A stretch of DNA of 63,803 nt, the filler included, from Intoshia linei (taxonomy: Eukaryota; Animalia; Orthonectida), in the NCBI GenBank assembly GCA_001642005.1. It is 3 parts of 3 records of this genome, joined end to end, with 100 filler letters (N's around TTAATTAATTAA, not from the genome) between each part and the next. Parts side by side here need not be neighbours in the genome. Positions count along the whole stretch, not along the records: positions 28,233 to 53,879 come from LWCA01000494.1; positions 53,980 to 63,803 come from LWCA01001337.1; 1 more part is not named here. One strand, given 5' to 3'. How positions within the stretch are numbered: position 1 is the first letter of the stretch; every line of letters starts with the position of its first letter. This document shows, piece by piece, positions 49,430 through 61,100 of the stretch. Position numbers and translations under genes: made by a program. The notes beneath the pieces are model-generated. The model was not told the DNA's origin, did no database searches, and worked only from the letters and a program-made list of their open reading frames with translations.

Positions 49430-52400
49430 ATGATTCCAGAAAAAATAGAATTAAACAGAGATAAATCCTCTGAAACGGAAAAACTCGTATCAGATACGAT
49501 AAAAACCGAAAATAAAGTGACTTGTGATAAATATGATAATTCAGCATTTAGACTGAAAGAGTATACTTGTGAATAATATATAATGAGATAATTTTAGTGA
49601 CTTGAAGGACAGAAAATTCCGTGTAATATTAATGTCTTCATTGATATTTGCATTTGCAGTAACGATATCGCTAATTGTGAGTATTTTTGTGAATAAACCA
49701 ATAATCGACGGAGCAGTGTCTTCTACAAGCAAAGTTTGTTCTGACATTGGTTTAGATTTGATTACTCGAGGAGGTTCTGCTATGGATGCTGTCATCGGCG
49801 CTACACTATGCGAAACTGTCGTTAATCCACATTCGACCAGTTTGGGAGGTTCAGGGTTTTTAATTTATCATGATAAAAACGAAAAAACATTATCCTACGA
49901 TTTTAACATTATGGCTCCTAAAAATCTTAATGATCAAGTTTTGACACAGGACGGTGCGATACTAGGAAACGTTTTATTATTTTTTACTTTTTTAAATCAA
50001 TTAGCATAGTTTATCTATCGGAGTACCCGGTATGTTGCTGGGTTTTATTGAAGCACAACTGGATTATGGTTATTTGACCTGGGAAGAAATTTTAAAACCC
50101 ATCATCAAATTGGCTCGTTTTGGATACAATGTCACCAAATCTCAAGGTAAAAAAATTACAAAGAGAGATTTAAAAATTCTCTGGTTCGTCAATTCTGGTT
50201 ATACCATAGAAATAAATTAATTTTTTAATACCCCTGTTAATAAAATACACTTTTTAAAACATTTTTTGCGTATTGTAGAAATTCATGTACAAATTTAATA
50301 TTTTGTAGTATTATTATTTATTAATCATAAAAATAGAACAAATAATGCAATTTGTCAATTATGATTCAATTATATGTCCTCACTTGAAATCGATGCTATT
50401 TGACGAAAACAAGGAACCTTTTCCAGCGGGAACTTTAAGAAAACGTGAAACATATGCCAATTTTCTTGAAGCTTTTTCTAAAAATCCAAAAAAATCCTTT
50501 TTCACTGACGAATTTGCTAAAGCCTTATCCAAGACTTCGCAAAACATTGGAGCAATGTTTACTTATTCCGATTTTGAACTCTATAAAGTTATAAAGAAAA
50601 ATGCAATAAAATCAAATTATTTTGGTGCCTGATAATTTATTTTTCTAATTATTATTTTTAAATAGACGTTACAATTTATGGCTGCCATCCTCCTTGCAGG
50701 TAATGCAAAATTTTTGTAAAATTATTGTATTTTTTCATTTAATCAGTTCTGCTCTCGTAATTCTGGCCATGAAAATCCTCAGTCTGTATAAAGATTTCAA
50801 TAAAAAGTCTCTTGGAGAAAAACTGGTCATAATATTAAAAGTAAATGTTATATTTTAATAATAATTTTCAAATAGATTTTAAGATCAACCTTATCAAATA
50901 CAAATAAATTTGATTTAAAAATTTTGGAGTATATTTAAAAATATTAAATGAATGAAAAAATTTGAAACTAGGGACAAATTTGCTGAGACTGCAAAGGAAA
51001 GTATCGATATTGTAAATTTTGATTGGACCAATTACAAAAATGATTCAACTGTAGCTAGCCACGTGTCAGCTTTCGACATGTACGGCGGAGTCGCTTCAAT
51101 TTCAACGTATGTTTTGAATTGGTATATTTTTTGAATTTTGATACATGTAGCACTTTAAATTCTCCGTTTGGCGCAGGAGTTATGACAAGTTTATATGGAA
51201 TTATATTGAATGATCAATTGAAACAGTTTGATCCTCCATCTTTTAATAATACTGTAATTGGTTAATTTTCAATGTTCATTTTTTTAAGGATAATAAAATT
51301 GAATCTCTAAAAAGGCCATTTTCTTCGTTGAGTCCGATTTATATTTATAGTGAAAATAAAGCATGTGGACAGCAAATTTCACTTGGAGCTTATAATATTG
51401 CATCAAATTATGGATCGAATATTATTTCTGGTATTTTTTTGTTGTACATTTTTGTATTAGTTTATCATTTTTTTATTGATTCAAAATTTTTCTTAGCTGT
51501 TGTGCAAATTCTACAACATCTCATTTATGTTAATTCAACTTTAAGGAAAACTGTTGCAGATAGCCTGGTGTTTTTGGTTAGTAAAAATCGTACTCTGTTC
51601 ATTAATTATGAAGGTTTATATTTTTTTATATATAACTTTGTGTCTGCTTTTTTACCATAACGGCGTTAATTTTTGATATTTAAATTTTTCCTGTTTTTTT
51701 TGTATATGTTGCATAAAATGTGTACAACTGTGAAATGTACACATTCCAGGGGCAAGTCGTAGAATGTATACGTTTCATGGACAAGTCGTAGAATGTGTAA
51801 AATTTTCATTTATATTTTAATTTTAGTTTACTTTTGGTTTTAGGAAATTTTTTTTGAACCAATCTTAAAAACCACTTGAAAGAATGTTAAAAAAAATCTT
51901 AAAAACCCCCTTGAAAGTTTGGTTCAAAAAAATCTTAAAACCCCCGTTAAAAGTTTGGTTCAAAAAAAATTCTAATAAACCCCTCTTAAAAGTTTGTTTA
52001 AACAAATTTCTAAGAAACGCCCTTTAAAATTTTACGACTTATCCATGAAATGTATACACATATGTATTATATATGATATGTACATTTCAGTTTTACACAT
52101 TCTATACGACATATAAAACACAATATATTTGCTATGATTTTTTTTATTTTCTAAAATAATGGATAATTTCTGGTTCTGAGAAACTGTATTTCAATTTTCC
52201 TTCTGATAGTTTTTTTCGTTTTTCAAGAAAATGAATAATTTGGCGTTTTAACCGTGGAGAAACAAATTTATGAGGTTCAAAGTTGTCTTACTTTATAAGC
52301 AGGAAAAAAAAAACTGAGAATTTGTGTATTTGATATTTCTGGAACGGTAAATAACGGTTTTATTGTTCTAAAAAAATGTTTACAGACGAATTTACAGACA

Positions 52401-53113
52401 CATGTTTAGCAACTTTTACTTTATACAAGTAAGGATTAGATTTGGACGATACTACACTTGCGGAAATTGCTAAGGTTTTTCCAAATACCGCGAAACTTGA
52501 AACACCTACCACTTCTATTAACAGTGTCATTTATCGAAATGAAAAGGTAATAGTTTTCATTTATTACAACTTAAATTAAATAAATACATACACGTATTAT
52601 TGCAATGATCTTTTATTTAATCTATGTTTGTTTATTCTTTAAACATCAAGTTGAATAAAATTATGTAATTTATTGGTAAATTATATTATAGACGTTTTCA
52701 ATTGTTAAGACTATGTTTTCAGCAATAAGGTTATGTTTGCAATCGATAGGAGTATGTTTGCAATCAATAGGAGTATTGTTTACTCCTACTCCTATATCAT
52801 AATAATTATATGGCATAATTTTATCCACAGGGGAATCAAAGTATGAAATTTTTCTTAAAGTGAATTTATGTTGTTTTCATGGTTGCATTATTCATATTTA
52901 CGCGAATTCTCTATGTTAAAATTATCCCACAGCCCAATATTGGTGAACTAGAAAGAAATTTTTTTCAGATAATATATGTATTTAGTATTAATTAAACTTT
53001 AATATTCTACTTATTGCTAGATGATTGCATATTCTGATAAAAGATCATTTGGCGAAGCGAGTGTGTCCAGCACATTTGAAAAATATCAAGATTTAAATGT
53101 CAATAATAAATAA
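49430..53113 (+). CDS. GGT7: Gamma-glutamyltranspeptidase, GGT7-like type II membrane protein
   Basis: Short cytoplasmic N-terminus, TM helix VILMSSLIFAFAVTISLIVSIFV, GAVSSTSKVCSDIG, GGSAMDAVIGATLCETVVNPHSTSLGGSGF, IGVPGML, light-chain region ASHVSAFD...STTLNSPFGAG...GIILNDQL, KRPFSSLSP, last exon AYSDKR; stop 53111-53113. GGT family is certain; GGT7 orthology is inferred. Confidence 0.85.
51718..52110. mobile_element. Foldback-like element with modular TIRs and an internal tandem array, in a GGT intron
   Basis: TTTCATGGACAAGTCGTA versus TACGACTTATCCATGAAA. Internal about 5 copies of a ~35-bp unit AAAAAATCTTAAAAACCCC.TTGAAAGTTTGGTTC. Confidence 0.65.
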
Positions 53114-53327
53114 TTTAGATATATGCAAGACTTTTAAGTTTTTGTAAATATTTACTTTGAATTTTAACTGAGAAATTTAAAATATACTTGTATTATAATA
53201 TTAGAATGCAATTGAAAATTAGGTATCTAATATATTTATTTGAGTTGTGATTGAATGAGATTTTTTAGGTTTTCATACTGGATTATGCATACTGATATGC
53301 ATACAGCCTATGTCTTAGACTCTTAGA

Positions 53328-53620
53328 CATAGTTTCTCAACCGGGGGCGCAAATTTTTATAAATTATTTGATTGTTTAGTTTTATTTTTTGTGAGGTTTA
53401 TTCATTTCAATGAACTTAAGGAAGAATTCTTATTTTGTAGTGAACTCCTTACAAATCCAAAAACAATGAATATCTATAAAAAAATTGATCACTTTTTTAT
53501 TAAAGGAAATGTAAATTGGAACAATCTATGTGGTGTTTGTAATGATGGTGCACCAGCTATGCTTAGTCAAAATCTGGGTTTTAGGTAAAAATAAAAGAAA
53601 AAGTTCCAGGTGTTAAAGAG
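53328..53620 (+). mobile_element. hAT Buster/ZBED5-like fragment
   Basis: CATAGTTTCTCAACCGGGGG end. ORF VRFIHFNELKEEFLFCSEL...WNNLCGVCNDGAPAML. Confidence 0.8.
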
Positions 53621-53879
53621 GAAATTTCTGATTAATCCTAAGTCTTTATTAATGAAATTTTTTTAATGGAATTTTGAATTATTTATTTTTTTTATAATAA
53701 ATTTTTATGAATCAAAAATTCCGTTAATAAAAATTTTATCTCTAAAGCACTATAATCTATTTTAAATTACTATTACAGTCAAAATCTCATTTAACGAAAA
53801 TATTAGAAATGTAACTGTATTAGAGATGTGCTGCTGCACACATGTCTTAAATTTATCAAAATTATATTTAATATGAACA

Positions 53880-53979
53880 NNNNNNNNNNNNNNNNNNNNN
53901 NNNNNNNNNNNNNNNNNNNNNNNTTAATTAATTAANNNNNNNNNNNNNNNNNNNNNNNNNNNNNNNNNNNNNNNNNNNN
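53880..53979. other. Scaffold gap with artificial TTAATTAATTAA linker
   Basis: Same 100-nt design as 28133-28232. Confidence 0.97.
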
Positions 53980-54393
53980 AATGTCAACAATTAACCCCAT
54001 TTTCAAAAGAATAATTAATTGCGCGAAATTAAATTTCATGAACCACAAAGAATATCTTACAAATGATGTTATCAATGTCAAAAATGCTCCTTCTGTTAAT
54101 GACCCAGCGGAGAGAGCATAAATGAAATTCAAGAAAGCCACTACCATATCTGATATAGAAGACGAACGACAAAAAATTGTATCTATAATGAATGTTTTCA
54201 ATAATAATGATTTATAATATTGTAAATGTATTATAATAAAGTTATTTCTTGAAAATTTTCTGAAATTTTTAATGTTTTCCTGCGGACTCAATCCTTAATT
54301 ATATATATTAAAATTGAGCCATTTTTAATAATTTATTGATGTGAACCGAATTATCCCTGAGCGGCAAGCAAAATTTAAAATGTTGACACCCTA
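53980..54393 (+). mobile_element. hATm 3' end next to the gap
   Basis: Plus-frame remnant VKNAPSVNDPAERA...EDERQKIV and terminus TGACACCCTA. Confidence 0.75.
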
Positions 54394-54846
54394 ATGTAGA
54401 TTCTACATTGTAGAATTAATAAATTCTGGGGAGAATCGCCACTGATATAAACTATAAACCCGAAGGGTGAGTCAAATTTAGATTTATTGACAACTTAATG
54501 AATGAATAACTAAAAAAAGATTTGTAACTAAATTGTTAAATTACACCATTTATCTTTATTTCAAGTGGATAAAATGTCGTATATCTTTTAAATTGACAAC
54601 AAAAAACTATAGCATATAACACTAATATTCTGACAAAATTTCAGTGTTGACTAGTGTAATATAATTTAATCAATGGGTATCAAAAATATGAATAAAATAC
54701 AAGCAAACATTTTGCAATATTTAAATTGTATCAAGTCAACAGTTGTATAATTTTTGTCTATTTTAAGTATTCGGATAAAATAATATATTCGAGCCATCGT
54801 TGGAACTAATCCAAAACAATGTTTACATAGTAAAAATTTATATTAT

Positions 54847-55230
54847 TTATTTGTTTTGTATAAAAACTTTAATTTTGGATGTATATTGGAACTCATTTTG
54901 ATAGTTGGGTAGCAACGAATTTGTAGAAATTTTTTTTACACAGGTACTGTAATTTGGAGTAATAGTTTTAGTTTTTTGTTGTCTTTGATTGAATGGAAAT
55001 TTTGAAATAAATTTTTCATTACTATATTCGTTCATGATGTTGATATAATTTGATTGTGAAACCAAAAATGCTTCGTTTGGTTTGACAGAAAAATTAATAG
55101 TATAATCTTTGTCTGCAACTATTTGGGTTGTAATTTTTTCCATTAAAATTGACCAACTAAAATATTTACACAATACATTGACGTAATTACCAAATGTGTT
55201 TATTTCTTCAAATATAGAAATGAGGATATC
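54847..55230 (-). CDS. Possible exon or ORF of an unknown gene
   Basis: Open frame of about 125 codons (…ILISIFEEINTFGNYVNVLCKYFSWSILMEKITTQ…) after an AG. No homology recognised and no partner exons found. Confidence 0.25.
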   Translation of the reverse strand, partial: DILISIFEEINTFGNYVNVLCKYFSWSILMEKITTQIVADKDYTINFSVKPNEAFLVSQSNYINIMNEYSNEKFISKFPFNQRQQKTKTITPNYSTCVKKISTNSLLPNYQNEFQYTSKIKVFIQNK

Positions 55231-55559
55231 TTAGAAATGTGATTCTAAATTAAGTGTATTGAATAAAGTTGTGTATTGTAAACAAGTGTATTGAAGTAAC
55301 TAATAAGTTTGTAAATACGATTAACCAGTTAAACATACTAACCAGACAAGGTTAGAGGTCTTTATAAATACTCTGTTTCAAGGAAGGGTGTTGATTAGGT
55401 CAATGATCAGTTTATTTTATTCCAAAACAAATCTAATTGAAATTCAAATTGAATAAACAACAGGTGATATATGGGATTTAGTTTAATAAGTTTAACTAAC
55501 AATGTAAATAAAAGAAATGTATCGTTTGTTGGAAAATAAATTAATTATAATTAATTTTA

Positions 55560-57262
55560 TCCTTCAAAAGTTAACCGTCACACGATTTAAAAAACCAAAT
55601 TTCTCATACAGTTTTTCCTGGGACGTGTTTCTATATATTTTTCAGTTTCAGAATTTGAGTCTTTCAGAGTAAAAAACCCAATTTTCTCTTTTGTTTAAAA
55701 AAATCAACCCATAAATTTAATAAAACATACATTTTGGTAAGCATTTTAAAATCATTATCATAGTTGTTAATATCAATCATAAAAACGCATACATTCATGG
55801 TCAAAACAACAAATTACTATTTGTATTAAAAAATATCTAAAATTATTTTTTTTCAGTGTATTCATTAAACTGTCATACGCGACTTTATCCGTTCCAGCAC
55901 AATCAAATTTCCAAAAAAAACTACTAAAATTCAACCCCTAGTCTACAGATCCTAACTTATATAATATGCTACGCGATTTTTGTTTGTGTGTTCAGCTTTA
56001 TTTAAATAACTACCCGTCTTAGAATTTTTTAAAGATCACATATTAATTACAGTTTGTTTCGGGACGTATATTAAGATAAATTTCAACCTCCCAATTTCAC
56101 ATCTTACAGGTGAAAAACCCCAGTTGTCCATCTTTTTGAATATATTATCAAATATTTCGATTAAAATAAAAATTTAAAATGTAAATATTGATCATACAAT
56201 TCAAAAAAAATCTGCATTGAACGTCTACACATTTCCAATTAAGAAAATATGGGTGAAAATTTATATAATTCATTCTTTCGGAATTTTTTTCAGTGCTACG
56301 CAATTTTTAAATTTTAAATTCTCATTTTCAAAACATTTTGAATAAAACTTAAATAGAAACTAAACAACGAAACTAAAATAACTTTGTTAATATCAATTTT
56401 ATATTTATTACAATCCTTTGCAAATTTGGTAAAATTCGACTAAAATATGTTTATCAAGTGAAGCTTCGGTTAATTATTGATACATAATTGGTATTTTTAA
56501 GTATTTATTAAATTGGTACTGAATATATATCATCACATTGAAAATGACAAAATATGTTTTTATAATTTTATATTTTCTGGAATTTATGCTATTTATGACA
56601 ATTTTTAGGATTGGACTGTTTTTACTTTACTTTTAATATTATACACACATTTTGTCTAATTAATTAAAAAAATGGGATAACAATTTTTTTTAAAATTCTA
56701 TACGCAAATGTTAAATTAAGATGGAATAATCCACGTTAAATTAAAAAGTAATGTGATATGATGGTTCCACCTGAAACAAGTTTGGGAACCACTCCTTAAA
56801 AGATTGATAATAGTGAATTGTAAGATTTTTAAGTTAGATTTTTAACGTGAATTTATTTTTTTGGTAGAATAAAAATGTGCCTTCGGCAGAGCTAGGTCTT
56901 GTTTGTACATAGTACATAACAGTCAACCTAGTTTCTTATAAAAAGATATGGGTGGAAATCTCATTAATTGATTTTACCGTTGCTAAGCAATTTTTCAATT
57001 TCATATTGTTCTTAATGAATTTTTAAAATTGTTTACACAAATTCTAACAAAATAAAATTAAGTGGGAATAATTCACTTTAAATTAAAAGATAATGTGATA
57101 TGACGGGTCCACGTGTAACAAGTTTGGAACCACTCTTTTAAATGATATATAATATTGAATAGTAGCATTTTTAGGTTAAATTTTATTATTGAATTTATTT
57201 TTTTGATATAATAAAAATGTCCGCCCTCGGCAGTTTGTACGAAGTATATATCAGTCAACTAA
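55560..57262 (+). mobile_element. Tandem cluster of Helitron-family pieces
   Basis: 5' end at 55950, 3' hairpin plus CTAG|T at 56928-56932, second degenerate 3' end at about 57220-57262, body fragment 55560-55850. Confidence 0.7.
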
Positions 57263-57701
57263 TTGATTATGAAGTAAATTGGAAGAAAAAAACACATAAA
57301 ATTATACAAAAATATTTCATTTCTTCTAAGAAATGCCACGATGGAAAGTACTACTGAATATACTTTAAACAAGATTCCGTTCAATATCTTAAAGCTAATT
57401 CTATTATAATTTTTTTGAAAACAAATGAGTTGACGATCTTGTTTGGCCATGGGACTCTCCATATTTGAATATTGTCGAAAATATCAGACTTTTATTTTAT
57501 TGTTAACTTAACAAAAAACACCTTAAGATCAGCTATGTATGATGTGATCAACAGGGTATGCATCCCTGCTATACAATGAATAATGTCAAAATAAACCATA
57601 TTTAAAATTACCAAATAATTGGTAGCCAGGTGTGGTTATGTGTATATAGACAAAATTTATTACCTTGTTATCTTAAGATAGATCTTTAAAAATACTATAA
57701 A

Positions 57702-58142
57702 ATGAATTGTAAATTAGATTTTGACTGCGAAGTAGAAAAAAACGAAGGAAATTTTAACGTTATTTTAAACATAAAAAACGACGATGCAAAACAATCTCAA
57801 CTAAATTTGTTAAACATTTTTGTAATGCAATATGCATACGAAAAAGAATACGCCAATGACAATGATTACAAAGGAATTAAAATTGAAATACTTCCATCAA
57901 AAACCATACCAAAGTATAAAAAGACAAATTTAAAAGATATAGAAAGCTCTCAAACAGTAAACAAACAAAAATGTAAGGTATCAAAAGTATTAGTAAATGC
58001 TAAACCTAAAAGTAAAAACCCTCAAAATGAAATATTTAAATCAGAAATCAAAATAAACGTGGAAAAAGCTCTCCACAAAACATGTTTAACCAAATCAAAA
58101 TATTCAACAGTCAAAAACTGCAAGTCTTTTCAATGTTTCTAG
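57702..58142 (+). CDS. Hypothetical 146-aa Lys-rich protein (single-exon orphan ORF)
   Basis: ATG in AAAATG context and a 441-nt open frame, long for this AT content. No recognisable motif. Confidence 0.45.
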   Translation: MNCKLDFDCEVEKNEGNFNVILNIKNDDAKQSQLNLLNIFVMQYAYEKEYANDNDYKGIKIEILPSKTIPKYKKTNLKDIESSQTVNKQKCKVSKVLVNAKPKSKNPQNEIFKSEIKINVEKALHKTCLTKSKYSTVKNCKSFQCF

Positions 58143-58171
58143 CTTCAAATATTAAATTTTACTTTTATTGA

Positions 58172-61100
58172 CTAAGTACATATCGAGTTTTTACAATAGT
58201 TGGATTTGATGAACCTTGTATATGAATCAGATTTAATTAAAGCCAAAACGTGTTCCTAAATGGATATTATTTAAAAGTTTCATTGGTGAAATTACGGCAG
58301 CTTTGTTGTAAATGTTTCTAGATTTGGGGGACTTTTCAATGCTCATTTTTATGTTTTCTACAATTGAACTGTCAATATTGATCATTTCTTCTGCAGTAGG
58401 GCCAATATATTTTCTAAATTTAGTGACTAGACTTTTAAAAGTTTTTAATAATACCTAAACATTTCCATGTTGTATTGTTCAATTTTTGATATAGGACAAA
58501 ATTTGTACATTTTGTTATCCAACAGAAACCTAAAATTATATATTCAGTACAGTTTTGGTAGTCAGAATACGATAAATTTTCCGAGCTGAATTCAGATTTT
58601 AAAAAGCTTTTAAATTGAACAACACCTATTGGATCTTTAAGTAATTCATGTGCAGAGATTTTCCATTTATTTACCCTTTTCGGGGTGATTCTATATTTTA
58701 TAAATATGAGAATACTTTAAAATACTCTGCGTTGTATTTGGTCCATGCAAGCTCAGTTTCAGTTTTCCAGACATTGTTATAATCATCATCCGATTGAATA
58801 AAAGAGTCGTATTTTTCGTACATGTAAACATTTTGTCTTAAATTGTCTAAAGCTTGACAGAGGGAATAGGGTCTGCAGGTTTTTCGATAATTTAAATATT
58901 CAATCTAAACACATATTGCACAAAATATTCACAATAACCAACCTTCAATCTCAATAATTCTATTTCGTATTTCAATTCGTCCGTTTTGGTGAAAATTTTC
59001 TAAATTTTAAAATATACAATTTTATTAAACCTTGCCAATTTTTTCATTTTTCAATTGTCTGTCATGATAAAAAACTGTTAAAATTTCATCGAGACTCAGT
59101 TTTGTATTTAAAAACTCGTGTTTAAATTTTTAAATTTTTATTATAATATAGATATTTTATATGATTTAATAGGTTAGTTATAGCATGTTAAATTAACCAT
59201 TTTAATATTCAATTAAATGGCCAAAAATTAAAGGTATAATTACATTATAATGATAATTATCAAATTGAGGTTATTAGATTTCATTATTTCATTTTTGCAT
59301 GCAATATTTTGTGATTTGTAAAGAAAAATTATGGAAAACTCAACATTTAATGATCCAACTAATGATAATGATATAAGGTAAAAAAACTTATTAGTTGAGA
59401 AATTCTCAAGATGATTCAAAAATGAAACTTAAATCATCAGTGTATGATTTAGTACACTGGAATGTAATAAAACTCAACACTGAAGAATGATATGATTTCA
59501 TAATGCATCAACAGATACAAAATTATTTATTAGGGATTATTTATTTATCAATTATTGATAACATTAAAATGGAATATAAAAATGTAGTTTGAATAAATAA
59601 ATAATTTACACATCAACTTACATCAATTTACTTTAAAATGAATATAAATTTAAAATTAACCGTTTTCATACATTTTCGAATATCGTGTTTGGTTCGATTT
59701 GTCAAATTACCCTAAATTTTGAAATTATTATTATTTTTTTAAATTACATCGGGTCGGTGGAAATCCCAAAAAGCTGTTTCCTGAGTTTTAATGACAGCTC
59801 TTTCTTCTCTACAGAGTTTTCTCAATTCTCTAAAATTTTTTAGTGTTTAACGTTTTAATTATACACAAGTCAATAAATATTTTAGCCTACTTTAATTCAG
59901 AAGACGCTCTAGTAAAAATAATATCCCAGTGCTGAAAAAATCGTTTCTGGTACTTTGAAAGTTGCGTAGATTCCACGTTTGTTATTGCAGCACTAAGTTT
60001 TCTGTTCATTGTTTTTTTACACAAATATACAGCTATAATTTTAATTTAATTTCTTCCAAAAATAATTGAAATGTATTAGAACCGATACTTTATACATTTT
60101 AAAATCATCTAATCTACTCTAGAGTTGTACAATATGGTCCGAAGCAAGAATTGACAGGATCCCAATTTCGTGTTCAAATTAAAATTACATTTCAAATTTC
60201 CTTAAGGGTTGTTATAGATGAAATTGCAAAGATTGTGCTTCGGACCGTGTTGTGGAATTTATGATTTATTCAAAAAAGGTATCTGACGACACCAGTGCAC
60301 TGGTGTTGATATGTAGTCATTCAGAGTTAACCTTCTTCTACCATCTCTCAATTCGAACATATGGCTATAGTTATGTTTTATTTAGTTAGTGCTTCTAAAA
60401 ATAATAAACCTCGTGGACCCCCAAAATTAAAATATTATTGATCATGAACCCTAAAATATTTATATGAAAATATTCTTTCATCATGTTATCTACTTTAACT
60501 AGTATACTGTTATGTACTACGTACAAACCGCATCTAGCTCTGCCGAGAAGACATTTTTATTCTACCAAAAAAAATTAAATGAGAAAATCTAACTTAAAAA
60601 TGCTATTAACTATTATAAATCCTTTAAATGAGTGGTTTCCAAACTTATTTCGCGTGGAACCGTCATATCACATTACCTTTAATTTAAAGCCAATAATTCC
60701 ATCTTAATTTTGTTGTTAACACTTGTGTAAATAATTATAAAAACAATTGTCATCCCATTTTTTTACTTTATTAGACAGACAGTACGTATAATCTTAAAAA
60801 CAGTATAATCCTAAAAATTGTCATAAATAGCTTGAATTTTAAAAAAAATAAAATTGTAAGTAAACTTGTATATTCAGTATCTGCTTTCGATGATAAAAAA
60901 ATATAAATTTTGTATCAATAATTAACAGAATTAGCAGTTTAAAAACATATTTTGGATGAATTTTATCAATTACACGATGATTACATGTTACATGATTACA
61001 TACCAACTACATGAAATTTTACATGCATTGTAATTAAAGGTGGAAATTTTGGGCACAACACAATACCCAAGCTCGAAAAAAATTTTGCACAATACTCAAC

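Noticed and set aside
56979-56991. GTTGCTAAGCAAT, RFX X-box-like
   Set aside because: Imperfect match between Helitron pieces and not adjacent to a confident ciliary gene start.
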